From: Patescibacteria group bacterium
GTDB taxonomy: Bacteria; Patescibacteriota; Minisyncoccia; Phycocordibacterales; UBA1550
Assembly: GCA_038063615.1 (NCBI GenBank)
Contig: JBBTUT010000003.1
Span: 67,352 to 123,356, forward strand
Length of the DNA: 56,005 nt
Direction of reading: 5' to 3'
This document shows positions 18,459-27,783 of this stretch, in pieces. Position numbers and translations under genes: made by a program. Within the stretch, counting starts at the first letter, position 1. Each line of letters opens with the position of its first letter. The notes under the pieces were generated by a model. It had not been told where the DNA came from. It did not search any database and worked only from the letters and a program-made list of their open reading frames with translations.

Positions 18459-19476
18459 AGTTGGGTGAAGAAAATCTTTTGCTCGCGCCGACTCTTTCGA
18501 GAATATTTGCGGTAAACCCTGCGCTTTCTCCGGAGTACCAATCATTTTCTATATATGATTCAAGATCTTCTTTTTTGTGAGTATCGGCTCCGCCAGAAAT
18601 AACAGCGCCGTATTTTTTAGCGAGGTCGCTGAGCGCTTGTCGCTCCGTATCAATCAGATCTTTTGCGTCTGTTTCGTATTCATGAAATCCGTAAATTGTT
18701 TCAACTCCGTCGATGCGTTTTTCTGCGAGAAGTTTTTCGATCATATCCATCGGTATTTTTGAACGGACAGTGTGGTAGTGGGCAAGGATGGCGATTCCTC
18801 CAGCTCCGCGAACGAGGGACACGCCGAGATCGAGGTCGGGCATATAGTCGTGGTCGAAGTAAACACTGCGGAATGCATCGTCGCTCAAAAAAAGCATATA
18901 CGGATATTGTTGCTCCCCTTTTTGTATCATATTATCGTACTGTTCTTTCACTTTCGAATCGTGCTCGGCGACCGTCCTCATTTCGATTCTCAATTTTTCC
19001 ATCACCATATTGTTTTCGGTGCGCTTTTTGAGCGCTTCGACAATGTGCGGTCTGCCGATGGATTCACCACCAGATACAGCGAGACAATCTTCTGCGGTAA
19101 TAATAAACCCGAGACCTTGAAGCCCCTCGACGATCTGCCGCATCCTTTTTATCCGCGACTTCTGTGCACGCTCGCAATGCTTGAGCAATGCTTCATTTTG
19201 CGGGTCGACAAAAAGTCCGATGATATGCACGGCTGCGGAGTTTGGCGCAAGCTCGCGCGGCAAATCCGTGGTGAGTTCGATTCCGATGACCCACTTCGTA
19301 TCGCGTCCGCGAAGAGTTTCAATCTCAGCAAGAATAGTTTGCGGAGGCACGGCATCGTGGTCGGTAAAAGCAAGCACGGAAATACCGAGCGATTCCGCAA
19401 GATCAAAAAGCTCTCGATGCGAAAGCGTGCCGTCAGAAAGCGTGGTGTGGTTGTGGAGGGATTCAACGGAGCGCAT
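18457..19476 (-). CDS. PHP-domain phosphoesterase (TrpH/YciV-like)
   Basis: LHNHTTLSDG, TDHD, GRPHI, LAH, GGADTH. Confidence 0.88.
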   Translation of the reverse strand: MRSVESLHNHTTLSDGTLSHRELFDLAESLGISVLAFTDHDAVPPQTILAEIETLRGRDTKWVIGIELTTDLPRELAPNSAAVHIIGLFVDPQNEALLKHCERAQKSRIKRMRQIVEGLQGLGFIITAEDCLAVSGGESIGRPHIVEALKKRTENNMVMEKLRIEMRTVAEHDSKVKEQYDNMIQKGEQQYPYMLFLSDDAFRSVYFDHDYMPDLDLGVSLVRGAGGIAILAHYHTVRSKIPMDMIEKLLAEKRIDGVETIYGFHEYETDAKDLIDTERQALSDLAKKYGAVISGGADTHKKEDLESYIENDWYSGESAGFTANILERVGASKRFSSPN

Positions 19477-19504
19477 GATTTTGTCGGATTATAGCATAGC
19501 CTAA

Positions 19505-19533
19505 GTTTTAGGAAGGGCGGTCCTTCCTAAAAC
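19505..19533. repeat. REP-like palindrome AGGAAGG-N5-CCTTCCT
   Basis: GTTTTAGGAAGG-GCGGT-CCTTCCTAAAAC. Confidence 0.8.
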
Positions 19534-19540
19534 ACTACAG

Positions 19541-20008
19541 CTACAGCCCCTTGCAGGTTGCTGATGGAGTATATCCTCGTGTCTCAGCCTCAGATTTCGA
19601 CGCAAAATAAATACGGTTTTCTTCTTTTATTTTTTGCACGCCGGCGCACCACGGATAGTAATATTTTTTGCCGGATTTTGAGGCGACGAGCTGTTCTGTC
19701 GTCGCGCCGATGACACTTGCCGACTGAGCGGTATTGGTCAATCCTTTTTTGTTATTGACAGAAGTCTTGAATGTGTCAGCCGTCACTTCAGGCGCATTTT
19801 CAATACGAATGGGGGTTTTTGCTCCCTCAATCTTCGAAAGCCGTCCAAGCCCAAATGACCCAAATGCGACGAGGACGACAACAAGCCCCAAAAAGAGGTC
19901 GTCTGGAATAATATTCAATTTTGGCAGACGAAAACCCGTGAACCCTCGGTCGTCGCCCTTGTGGGCGAATAGGCCCTTGATTTTTTTTGTAATATCTTCT
20001 ATACTCAT
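19541..20008 (-). CDS. Membrane-anchored protein with Ada metal-binding-like C-terminal domain
   Basis: TM segment; VASKSGKKYY.PWC...I..EN..YF.S..EA...GY.P...C. Confidence 0.75.
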   Translation of the reverse strand: MSIEDITKKIKGLFAHKGDDRGFTGFRLPKLNIIPDDLFLGLVVVLVAFGSFGLGRLSKIEGAKTPIRIENAPEVTADTFKTSVNNKKGLTNTAQSASVIGATTEQLVASKSGKKYYYPWCAGVQKIKEENRIYFASKSEAETRGYTPSATCKGL

Positions 20009-20038
20009 CGGTATTGTAACTAATCGAGTAATTATACC

Positions 20039-20311
20039 ATGGCACATAAAAAAGCGGGCGGGACAGCCCAAAATCTAACCGATTCCAAGGCAAAGTACCT
20101 CGGAACCAAACTCTATGACGGCGAAGTCGCAAAGGCCGGTTCTATCATCGTGCGTCAGCGCGGGACGAAGATCCTCGCCGGAGCCAATGTCGGCATCGGT
20201 GTCGACCACACCCTCTTCGCCCTCAAAAACGGCATCGTCTCGTTCAGCGAAAAGCGCAAAGGAAACTTTGATGGTACGACGACAAGACGCAAAGTAGCGA
20301 GCGTGAAGTAG
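20039..20311 (+). CDS. rpmA: 50S ribosomal protein L27
   Basis: MAHKKAGG...IIVRQRGT...DHTLFAL. Confidence 0.97.
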   Translation: MAHKKAGGTAQNLTDSKAKYLGTKLYDGEVAKAGSIIVRQRGTKILAGANVGIGVDHTLFALKNGIVSFSEKRKGNFDGTTTRRKVASVK

Positions 20312-20340
20312 GGTAGCGAAATAGTAAATATCAGAATAGC

Positions 20341-20382
20341 AAAACAAAAAACTGCCTCATTGCTGAGGCAGTTTTTTGTTTT
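20341..20382. terminator. Bidirectional intrinsic terminator
   Basis: AAAACAAAAAACTGCCTCA-TTGC-TGAGGCAGTTTTTTGTTTT between convergent genes. Confidence 0.85.
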
Positions 20383-20387
20383 TAGAA

Positions 20388-20633
20388 TTATGAGTTTTTC
20401 CCACTTATACCAAACAATATTTTTAATTTATTTTTATCTTTTTTCTTTATTTCGATTCCATAATTTGAAGATAAAATAAGGACATTTTTGAACAGCCAAA
20501 AACGAAAATAAAATCCTGTTATTTTACTTGGGAAAATAAATTTTGGAATTCTATATTCGTTGTTCCCTTCTTCAAACTCCGTAGAAAGAAAAGTGTTATT
20601 TCCAATTCCTATTTCTGCAAAAATTTTTTTCAT
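20388..20633 (-). CDS. Small low-GC protein resembling DUF3977
   Basis: EIGIGN.TFLSTE.E...K.LFGI pattern; co-oriented with rplI. Confidence 0.6.
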   Translation of the reverse strand: MKKIFAEIGIGNNTFLSTEFEEGNNEYRIPKFIFPSKITGFYFRFWLFKNVLILSSNYGIEIKKKDKNKLKILFGISGKNS

Positions 20634-20635
20634 AA

Positions 20636-21079
20636 TTATTCCCCTTTCTCTACAACCACCGTAAATGTCACCCTATTTTTTTCAATCACAACAGGAACTT
20701 CGTAGGTGCCGAGCTCTTTGAGCGGGCGGTCGAGGATGACATAGTCGGGGTGCATATCGAGGTGGGTTGTGCGCTTGAGTTCAGCCAAGACTTCTTCCTT
20801 GTGAATGCTTGCAAAGAGGTGCCCTTTTTCATTTGCTTTGCCACGAAGGGTGACGGTCGTGCCACTGAGTGCCTCGAGATTTTTCAACAAGAGGTCGGTG
20901 TGGACTTTTTTGAGCGAGGCGTCGGTCGCCATTTTGTTTTGGATGCGCACGACCGTTTCTTTTGTTGCCGGCTCCGCGAGCTTTTGCGCGACAAGGTGCC
21001 GACCGTATCCATCAGCAACCTCCTTCACTTCATACTTCTTGCCGATTCTCGGCACATCTTTCAAAAAAATAATTTTCAT
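20636..21079 (-). CDS. rplI: 50S ribosomal protein L9
   Basis: MKIIFLKDV..IGK...VKEVADGYGR; GHLFASI; PLKELG.Y. Confidence 0.95.
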   Translation of the reverse strand: MKIIFLKDVPRIGKKYEVKEVADGYGRHLVAQKLAEPATKETVVRIQNKMATDASLKKVHTDLLLKNLEALSGTTVTLRGKANEKGHLFASIHKEEVLAELKRTTHLDMHPDYVILDRPLKELGTYEVPVVIEKNRVTFTVVVEKGE

Positions 21080-21194
21080 CCCGTTTAGAGGTAGGTCGCG
21101 GTCGCCCGCAGTCCTAACCATAAGTTATTTTAATAATTTATCTACCCATCCTAACATATTTTTTCTACTTTGAGCGACCGCGGCCTCTAACGGG
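21080..21194. mobile_element. MITE-like element CCCGTT(T)AGAGG...CCTCTAACGGG abutting the rplI start codon
   Basis: Imperfect ~21-26 bp terminal IRs around an AT-rich core; flanked by AT on both sides. Confidence 0.65.
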
Positions 21195-21214
21195 ATTCAT
21201 AATGGTATTGTTTT

Positions 21215-21262
21215 TAGGAAGGACCGCCCTTCCTAGGATTTCTAGGAAGGGCGGTCCTTCCT
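21215..21262. repeat. Inverted doublet of the AGGAAGG-N5-CCTTCCT palindrome (REPIN-like)
   Basis: TAGGAAGGACCGCCCTTCCTA...TAGGAAGGGCGGTCCTTCCT; the two units are reverse complements. Confidence 0.8.
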
Positions 21263-21268
21263 GAATGA

Positions 21269-22501
21269 TTAGTGCTTAAAATTCGGGTCTCTTAATATCT
21301 CCGCCGCTTTTTCCATCTGCGGGTCGAGCTTTTTTTCGAGGTCTTTTTTAGTGATCTCGACTTTCACATCAGGTTCGAGTCCGTTTTCAGAAATGGATTT
21401 TCCTTTCGGGGTGAGCCAGCGCGCGATGGTCACCTTGAGCGATGTTTCCGGCGTAATCTCGATGAGCTCTTGCACCGACCCCTTGCCGAAACTTTTTTCT
21501 CCGACGAGTTTCGCGATGCCATGTTCGTGGAGCGCGCCTGCGAGGATCTCCGACGCCGATGCCGAGCCCTCGTTGATTAGGACGACCATTTTTAAATTTT
21601 CAGTGAATACATTGTATCCCCTGCTTCGTTCCGGCTGTTGTTTTGTCTTACTGCCACCGTCCTCGATGACGACCGTCTTGCCCATCGGGAGAAAAAAGCT
21701 TGCCATGTCGACGGCGGCTTCAAGGTACCCGCCGGGGTTTCCGCGCAGGTCGAGCACGAGCTTGTCAGAGCCCGAAAGGATGAATTCGCGGAGGGCATTG
21801 CGGAAAAGCTCCGGCGAACCCGCTGAAAAGGTGTAGAGTGAGACCACAAAGACGCCGTCATCGCGGAGCTTGGTGTCGATGGTCGGGATGTTGATGACAT
21901 CACGGACGACTTTGATATCCTCCGTCCCGCCGTTCCTCTTGACTGTTAGCGTCACCGTCGTCCCTTTTGGTCCGCGAATATGTTTGATTGCTTCTTCGAC
22001 CGTCATGCCCATTGTAAAGGTCTTGTCTATCTTTAATATCTGATCCCCCGGCTTCATCCCCGCGCGCTCGGAAGGCGTGCCCTTGAGCGGAGCCACGACG
22101 GTAAGCACTTTATCTTTGATTGCAATCTCCATTCCGACACCCTCAAAATTCCCGCGAACCTCTTCTTCAAAAGCTGTTGTTTCTTTCGGCGGAAAAAAAA
22201 CGGTATACGGGTCGCCGTATGATGCGGTCATACCCTCTATTGCGCCCCACACCTTATCCTCGCCACTTGGCACAGATGATGAAGCGGTCGTGGAGATGAA
22301 TTTGGTATCGAGCACCTCCAGCGTTTTCCAAAATGGTTCGAGGTCGAGGTCGCCGACCGATGCGGTTTGCGAAGCCGCCATATCCGCGACCAACACCTCA
22401 TTCACTCGTCGTTCACCGACTGCAATCCCCGTACCAAATGCACCAACAATGGCAACAATAATGAGCGCGGTGATGGTGGATTTATTGAGATTGTATTTCA
22501 T
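21269..22501 (-). CDS. ctpA: Carboxyl-terminal processing protease (S41) with PDZ domain
   Basis: DPYT, GVGMEI, LDLRGNPGG, SASASEI, FGKGSVQ. Confidence 0.92.
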   Translation of the reverse strand: MKYNLNKSTITALIIVAIVGAFGTGIAVGERRVNEVLVADMAASQTASVGDLDLEPFWKTLEVLDTKFISTTASSSVPSGEDKVWGAIEGMTASYGDPYTVFFPPKETTAFEEEVRGNFEGVGMEIAIKDKVLTVVAPLKGTPSERAGMKPGDQILKIDKTFTMGMTVEEAIKHIRGPKGTTVTLTVKRNGGTEDIKVVRDVINIPTIDTKLRDDGVFVVSLYTFSAGSPELFRNALREFILSGSDKLVLDLRGNPGGYLEAAVDMASFFLPMGKTVVIEDGGSKTKQQPERSRGYNVFTENLKMVVLINEGSASASEILAGALHEHGIAKLVGEKSFGKGSVQELIEITPETSLKVTIARWLTPKGKSISENGLEPDVKVEITKKDLEKKLDPQMEKAAEILRDPNFKH

Positions 22502-22657
22502 GGTCGTAGTATCGCAAAAGATTAAGCGAAGGTCAACAATCCGCACTTACTCACCTAAAAAGGACCAACCTTTATTTTTCATTGACTTTTGGTCACAAAC
22601 CTGCAAGTATGTAAAGAGAAATTAAAGTCCTATAAAAATTTAAAGAGGGGGTGAAAT

Positions 22658-23275
22658 ATGGCTTTCTATGCCAAAAAGATTAGATATGGTGCAAATGATG
22701 AGGTTGGTGCATATGTCGCCCTCATCGCGGTCGCAAAGAAAAAAGGGGGTAAGCCAATCAGGTTCGTGCTGTATCGCTTTCTTAGTGTCGGACTGAAAGG
22801 AGTGTTTGAGAGTGTAGAATTTTCAAGCTCTCAGGAAAAGGAGGCGATGGAAGCTTTCCCTTTTGGACCAGTCGTCTATCGACCGATAGAGGAAGAGCTT
22901 GAAGGACTGCAAGGACTTATGGAGGAAGGGAAATTGCCGCGTACACGCATTAGCCAATGGAAAATGACTACGGATTGGCTTAGCAATGTTGCGGTAGGAG
23001 GTTCGCGTTACCCAAGAGGAACATGGGTAAAGCTTAGGAAGCGTCCATACACATGGCGCAAAAGCGGACCGCGAAAAAAGAAAAAACTTCGTCTAAAGTT
23101 CGGCAGTCTTGAGCACAAGCTCTTGGTTGTCCGCGAGGAGTTAGCTTATCACAAAGGACAGCCCTCTGAAAAAAGAAAGGAAGAGGAGATTGATAACATG
23201 GAAGCAAAAGAAAGCGGGATCGTCGCGGAAATGATATACATTCGCGATAAAAAGTTCGCGTCTGCTACCGCATAG
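22658..23275 (+). CDS. Basic hypothetical protein
   Basis: 205-aa ORF, GAGGGGGTG SD, downstream terminator. Confidence 0.7.
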   Translation: MAFYAKKIRYGANDEVGAYVALIAVAKKKGGKPIRFVLYRFLSVGLKGVFESVEFSSSQEKEAMEAFPFGPVVYRPIEEELEGLQGLMEEGKLPRTRISQWKMTTDWLSNVAVGGSRYPRGTWVKLRKRPYTWRKSGPRKKKKLRLKFGSLEHKLLVVREELAYHKGQPSEKRKEEEIDNMEAKESGIVAEMIYIRDKKFASATA

Positions 23276-23293
23276 ATCATCACACCTCTCCCG

Positions 23294-23322
23294 TCCCCTG
23301 CAATCTTTTGCAGGGGATTTTT
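23294..23322 (+). terminator. Intrinsic terminator
   Basis: TCCCCTGCAA-TCTT-TTGCAGGGGA then T5. Confidence 0.75.
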
Positions 23323-23359
23323 GTTTGAATTGCATATTGGGTATGCTACAATGTTTTGT

Positions 23360-24277
23360 ATGATTTCCCGCTACCCATACAAAGACCTCGTCTGGATCGA
23401 TGTGCAGTCGCCGACACAGGATGAGGTGCGCTCTCTCATGGAGGAGTTCAGTATTCACCCGCTCGTGGCGGATGAGCTCCTCTCCCCCACTCTTCGCCCA
23501 AAAGTGGATCTCTATCCCAATCTCATTTATCTCATCCTCCATTTTCCGGTCATCTCGCACAGACACGATGGCGGGCACGAGCAGGAGATCGATTTCATCG
23601 TCGGCAAAAACTTCCTCATCACCACGCACTATGGCTTCGTCGATCCGCTCCACGAGTTCTCCAAAGTATTCGAGGTCAATTCTATACTCGAAAGATCCAA
23701 TATCGGCGACCATGCGGGGTTCCTTCTCTTCTATATCATGCGCGAGCTCTACAAAATGCTCGATCGCGAGCTCGACCACATCGACCGCGACTTCGGCAAC
23801 ATCGAGTCAAAGATCTTTGCCGGCAAAGAGCGCGCTATGGTCAATGCGATATCACACCTCAATCGCGACCTCCTCAATTTCAAACAGATACTCCGTCCCC
23901 ACAAAGAAGTGCTCGAGTCCTTCGAGCTCGCCGGCACGAAATTCTTCGGCGAGGAATTTTCCTACTATTTGCATACAATCGTCGGCGAATATTACAAAGT
24001 TTCAACGATGCTTGACGGACACCGCGAGACACTCCTCGATCTCCGCGACACAAACGACTCGCTCCTCACGACCAAGACGAATGAGATCATGAAAACGCTC
24101 ACCGTGATGGCCTTCGTTATCCTACCGCTTACTTTTGTCGTGTCTCTTTTTGGGATGAATGTGCCAGGCATCCCCATCGTCGATCAAGCGGGCGGTTTCT
24201 GGATCATTAGCGGTATTACGGTCGTTCTCGGCTTCTGCCTCTTTAGCTACTTCAAGTTTTTCAAGAAATGGATGTAA
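23360..24277 (+). CDS. corA: CorA family Mg2+/Co2+ transporter
   Basis: WIDV..P, IHPL, NEIMKTLT, GMN motif, two C-terminal TMs. Confidence 0.92.
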   Translation: MISRYPYKDLVWIDVQSPTQDEVRSLMEEFSIHPLVADELLSPTLRPKVDLYPNLIYLILHFPVISHRHDGGHEQEIDFIVGKNFLITTHYGFVDPLHEFSKVFEVNSILERSNIGDHAGFLLFYIMRELYKMLDRELDHIDRDFGNIESKIFAGKERAMVNAISHLNRDLLNFKQILRPHKEVLESFELAGTKFFGEEFSYYLHTIVGEYYKVSTMLDGHRETLLDLRDTNDSLLTTKTNEIMKTLTVMAFVILPLTFVVSLFGMNVPGIPIVDQAGGFWIISGITVVLGFCLFSYFKFFKKWM

Positions 24278-25605
24278 CATTGTTCAACACGCTCTCGCGC
24301 ACCCTCGAAAAACTGGAGCCGCTCCACGACCGCGAAGTGCGAATGTACCACTGCGGTCCGACGGTGTATGACTATGCGCACATCGGCAACTTGCGTTCTT
24401 TTATCTTTGCAGACATTCTTCGTCGCACACTTGAGTATGCGGGATATTCGGTCAAGCAGGTGATGAACATCACCGACATCGACGACAAGACCATCAAGAG
24501 AAGTCGTGATGAAGGAGTCACCCTCGCAACGATTACCAACCGCTACGAAGATATTTTTCTTGCCGATTTGCGACATTTGAATATCAAGGTTCCCGAACGA
24601 ATGCCTCATGCGACCGAACATGTCGGCGGGATGATCGCACTTATCGAGAAGCTTCTGCGAGAGGGGTTTGCATATACCGCTGACGATGGCGTGTACTTCG
24701 ATATCGCAAAATCAAAGGGGTACGGCACGCTTGCCGAGCTCGACCTCAACGCAGTGACCGAGTCGCGCATAGGAAACGACGAATACGATAAAAAGAATGC
24801 GCGGGATTTCGCCCTCTGGAAGTTTTGGACGCCGGAAGACGGCGAGAATGTTTTTGACGCATCGTTTGGCCGCGGTCGTCCCGGCTGGCATATCGAGTGC
24901 TCCGCGATGGCGATGAGCGAGCTTGGTGATGAAACGATAGACATTCATACCGGCGGCATCGACCTCGTCTTCCCCCATCATACAAACGAGATCGCACAGT
25001 CTGAAGCGGCGACCGGAAAACAGTTCGCAAAATATTGGCTCCACAATGAGTTCGTCATGGTTGACGGGCAAAAAATGTCAAAGTCTCTCGGCAATATCAC
25101 GACGCTCAAAACGGTCGCCGAGCATGGGATCAATCCGCTCGCCTTTCGCTACTTCATTCTCGGAACGCACTACCGCGCGAAAGCAAACTTCACTTGGGAA
25201 GGGCTCGCGGGTGCGCAGACGGCACTCATACGGCTCAGCGACCATTTGGGGGAAGAAATCGGCACGGTACATAAAGAGTATCAAAAAAGATTTGCAGAGT
25301 TCGTCGCAAGCGACCTCGACACGCCCCGCGCGCTCGCCCTCGCATGGGAAGTTGCAAAAGACCCTTCCCTCTCGACTGCCGACAAAACGGCGACCCTCCT
25401 CGACTTCGACCGTGTGCTCGGACTCGGACTCACCGTGCGCGTCCCCGAGAAAATTCCGGCAGAAATCAGTTCACTCGTCGGCACACGCGAAGAAGCCCGC
25501 CAAAACAAAGACTGGGCGAAATCCGACAAAATCCGTGACAAAATAAACGCCCTCGGCTGGGACATTTTAGACACGGACAAAGGGTCAGAAATACGCCGTA
25601 AATAA
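24268..25605 (+). CDS. cysS: Cysteine--tRNA ligase
   Basis: CGPTVY..HIGN, DFALWK, GRPGWHIECS, KMSKS. Confidence 0.96.
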   Translation: MDVTLFNTLSRTLEKLEPLHDREVRMYHCGPTVYDYAHIGNLRSFIFADILRRTLEYAGYSVKQVMNITDIDDKTIKRSRDEGVTLATITNRYEDIFLADLRHLNIKVPERMPHATEHVGGMIALIEKLLREGFAYTADDGVYFDIAKSKGYGTLAELDLNAVTESRIGNDEYDKKNARDFALWKFWTPEDGENVFDASFGRGRPGWHIECSAMAMSELGDETIDIHTGGIDLVFPHHTNEIAQSEAATGKQFAKYWLHNEFVMVDGQKMSKSLGNITTLKTVAEHGINPLAFRYFILGTHYRAKANFTWEGLAGAQTALIRLSDHLGEEIGTVHKEYQKRFAEFVASDLDTPRALALAWEVAKDPSLSTADKTATLLDFDRVLGLGLTVRVPEKIPAEISSLVGTREEARQNKDWAKSDKIRDKINALGWDILDTDKGSEIRRK

Positions 25606-25635
25606 AAAAGCCCCGTGGAGTGTATCCACGGGGCT
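25604..25635 (-). terminator. Intrinsic terminator for the kinase gene
   Basis: AGCCCCGTGGA/TCCACGGGGCT stem with T-run on the minus strand. Confidence 0.7.
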
Positions 25636-25651
25636 CGATGCTTTAAATTTC

Positions 25652-26908
25652 CTACTTTGTACGATAGCGTGGAAGGGTTATTTCAAAGACAGTTTTGCCG
25701 TCTTTACTATGAACTTTTATTTCCCCACCGTGTCCATTCACGATATGCCTCGCCGTCGGCAACCCCAGCCCTGTTCCCCTTGGCTTCCCTTTGGTCATAA
25801 ACATTTCGAAAATGTCTTCCTGATCTCGCGGGTCAATATCATGACCATTGTTTATGACCGCAATGATGCACTGTGTTTTTGTTAGTTTGGTCTCTATGGT
25901 TACGATAGTGGCTCCCGCTTCATAGGCATTGGAGACGAGATCGCTGATACAAATTTGCAAGCCGTACCTATCTATCATCAGTGATACGCCTGACAAACGC
26001 CAATCGAGGTTTGAATAGAACGAAACTCCGCTGTAAGAAACTCGGTATTTCCCTATCTCTTTCATTAAGAGGTTATTCACGCTGCACCTCTCAAGGTTCA
26101 GCACAGCCGGCTTTGAAATATCCAGAACGGTGGAGACAATGTATTCCATCATCTCAATATCGTCGACGATAATTCTGCTGTACCGTTCGAGCGCTTTTAG
26201 TTTCTCCTCGAGCACTTCACCGAAGACCTCTTTATTGGATGTTATTATTCTTTCTGATCTTGAAGCAAATCCGCCAATGGAAGTCAGCCGGTTTCTGAGG
26301 GCATGCGCCATCCTGAGAGAGTTTTTTCCCAAAGTGGCCAGTCTCTCCATTTCTACCGCTTTCGCCAGTCGCGCCTCTTCTTGGAGCTCTCTGCATAGTG
26401 CCGACGAGGCGATACGAGAGATTGTTTTTACAAGCTGTTTGTCTTCGGGAGAAAATATCCTCTCTTTGAGGGCGTCCACGACGAGAAGCCCAAAGTTGGT
26501 TCCGTCCGCACATCGAAGCGGAGAAAACATTATCGCTGAGATTTGATATCTCTCAATGAGTGCTTTCAGGTAATCAAGTCGCTTGTCGGAATGCGGGTTA
26601 TTAACGACGATTGTTTTTCCACCATCAATAACGCTTTTCAAGAAGAACTTCCCCATCTTGGTCGTAATGACTTCCCCTACGCCGTGACCATTTGGGGGGA
26701 TTCCATCCTCGACGGACAGTTTTCCATCTTTCAACCCAATGAAACAAATCCGGCATTCAGGGAAAATATCACTTGTTTTTTCCAGTACCGCCCTGATCGT
26801 TTCTTGGCGGTTACTTCCCATCAAGATCTCAGATAATTTGATGACCTGAGATAGTGCCCCGCCTGAACTCACACTCCGTCGATCGACTGCTACTCCTTGC
26901 GTTTCCAT
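25652..26908 (-). CDS. Cytoplasmic GAF-domain sensor histidine kinase (orphan)
   Basis: GAF-like N-terminus; H-box MAHALRN; N-box LVSNAYEA; F-box IFEMF; G2 GTGLGL; GGGGGGAG SD. Confidence 0.88.
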   Translation of the reverse strand: METQGVAVDRRSVSSGGALSQVIKLSEILMGSNRQETIRAVLEKTSDIFPECRICFIGLKDGKLSVEDGIPPNGHGVGEVITTKMGKFFLKSVIDGGKTIVVNNPHSDKRLDYLKALIERYQISAIMFSPLRCADGTNFGLLVVDALKERIFSPEDKQLVKTISRIASSALCRELQEEARLAKAVEMERLATLGKNSLRMAHALRNRLTSIGGFASRSERIITSNKEVFGEVLEEKLKALERYSRIIVDDIEMMEYIVSTVLDISKPAVLNLERCSVNNLLMKEIGKYRVSYSGVSFYSNLDWRLSGVSLMIDRYGLQICISDLVSNAYEAGATIVTIETKLTKTQCIIAVINNGHDIDPRDQEDIFEMFMTKGKPRGTGLGLPTARHIVNGHGGEIKVHSKDGKTVFEITLPRYRTK

Positions 26909-27066
26909 AACTCCCCCCTTTTTTTCCTTTTATTTTATATGTGCAAATCTGCGATGTTTATAGCACAGATTTATATATTTTGCAAGGGCTTTAGGTTTTG
27001 TCGATATCATACTATACTATATTGTATTAAAGTATCAGCTAATATCTTAACTAATTATTTAAAAAT

Positions 27067-27660
27067 ATGGGAGAAAAAATGAATGAAACTATCGATGATT
27101 TTGAAAAAAATTTAGACAAAACTCCTATTGAAACGCTACCAAACGAATCGCGAGAAAAAATCGCGAAGGACCTGCTTTTGGGTATTTTAGAGCATGAACT
27201 GATGGAAAATTTGACTTCGCAGGGAACTTCAGAAGCCATAAATAGAATAATGGGAAACATGGAAGCGAGTGCGTCCTTGGCAGAGGACCTAAAAGTTTTT
27301 GCTAAAATATTGGTCAACCAGGAATTGAACGCAAAGCCGGGGAATAGTGCTGAGGAAATTTTAGAATGTACCTCAATGTGTTTGTTTGCTTATCTTAAGC
27401 GCGTAAAAGATGGCAAAGAAAGCCTAAATAATGAAAAAGTTATAAAGGAAAGTTATTCCTCTGTAGTTGAATATCTTCATTTGTTGATAAGCTACCCTGA
27501 ATTTGCAAAAGCAGAGCTTGGTGGCAGATTTGGTTTTTTAAAAGGTCGCATATCGGATGAAGAGCTTTTTAACCTGACTAGCACAAAGTTCCATTATGTT
27601 GAATTATGCAAAAAAATGATTGAGTATACTGAGGGCGGAGAAAGAGCAACTAAGCACTAA
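27067..27660 (+). CDS. Low-GC hypothetical protein
   Basis: 197-aa ORF in AT-rich DNA; alternative start at 27079 has a GGGAG SD. Confidence 0.65.
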   Translation: MGEKMNETIDDFEKNLDKTPIETLPNESREKIAKDLLLGILEHELMENLTSQGTSEAINRIMGNMEASASLAEDLKVFAKILVNQELNAKPGNSAEEILECTSMCLFAYLKRVKDGKESLNNEKVIKESYSSVVEYLHLLISYPEFAKAELGGRFGFLKGRISDEELFNLTSTKFHYVELCKKMIEYTEGGERATKH

Positions 27661-27783
27661 ATTTCCCCAAAAAGTGAGTTTTTTCACGGCTTTTGTGGTC
27701 TAATTCCCCTATCCACCGCTTGTCCACCCTCTTTTCCCCGACTAAATTTTTTGATGGCTTGCCCCTGTGCTACAATGGCAAGA

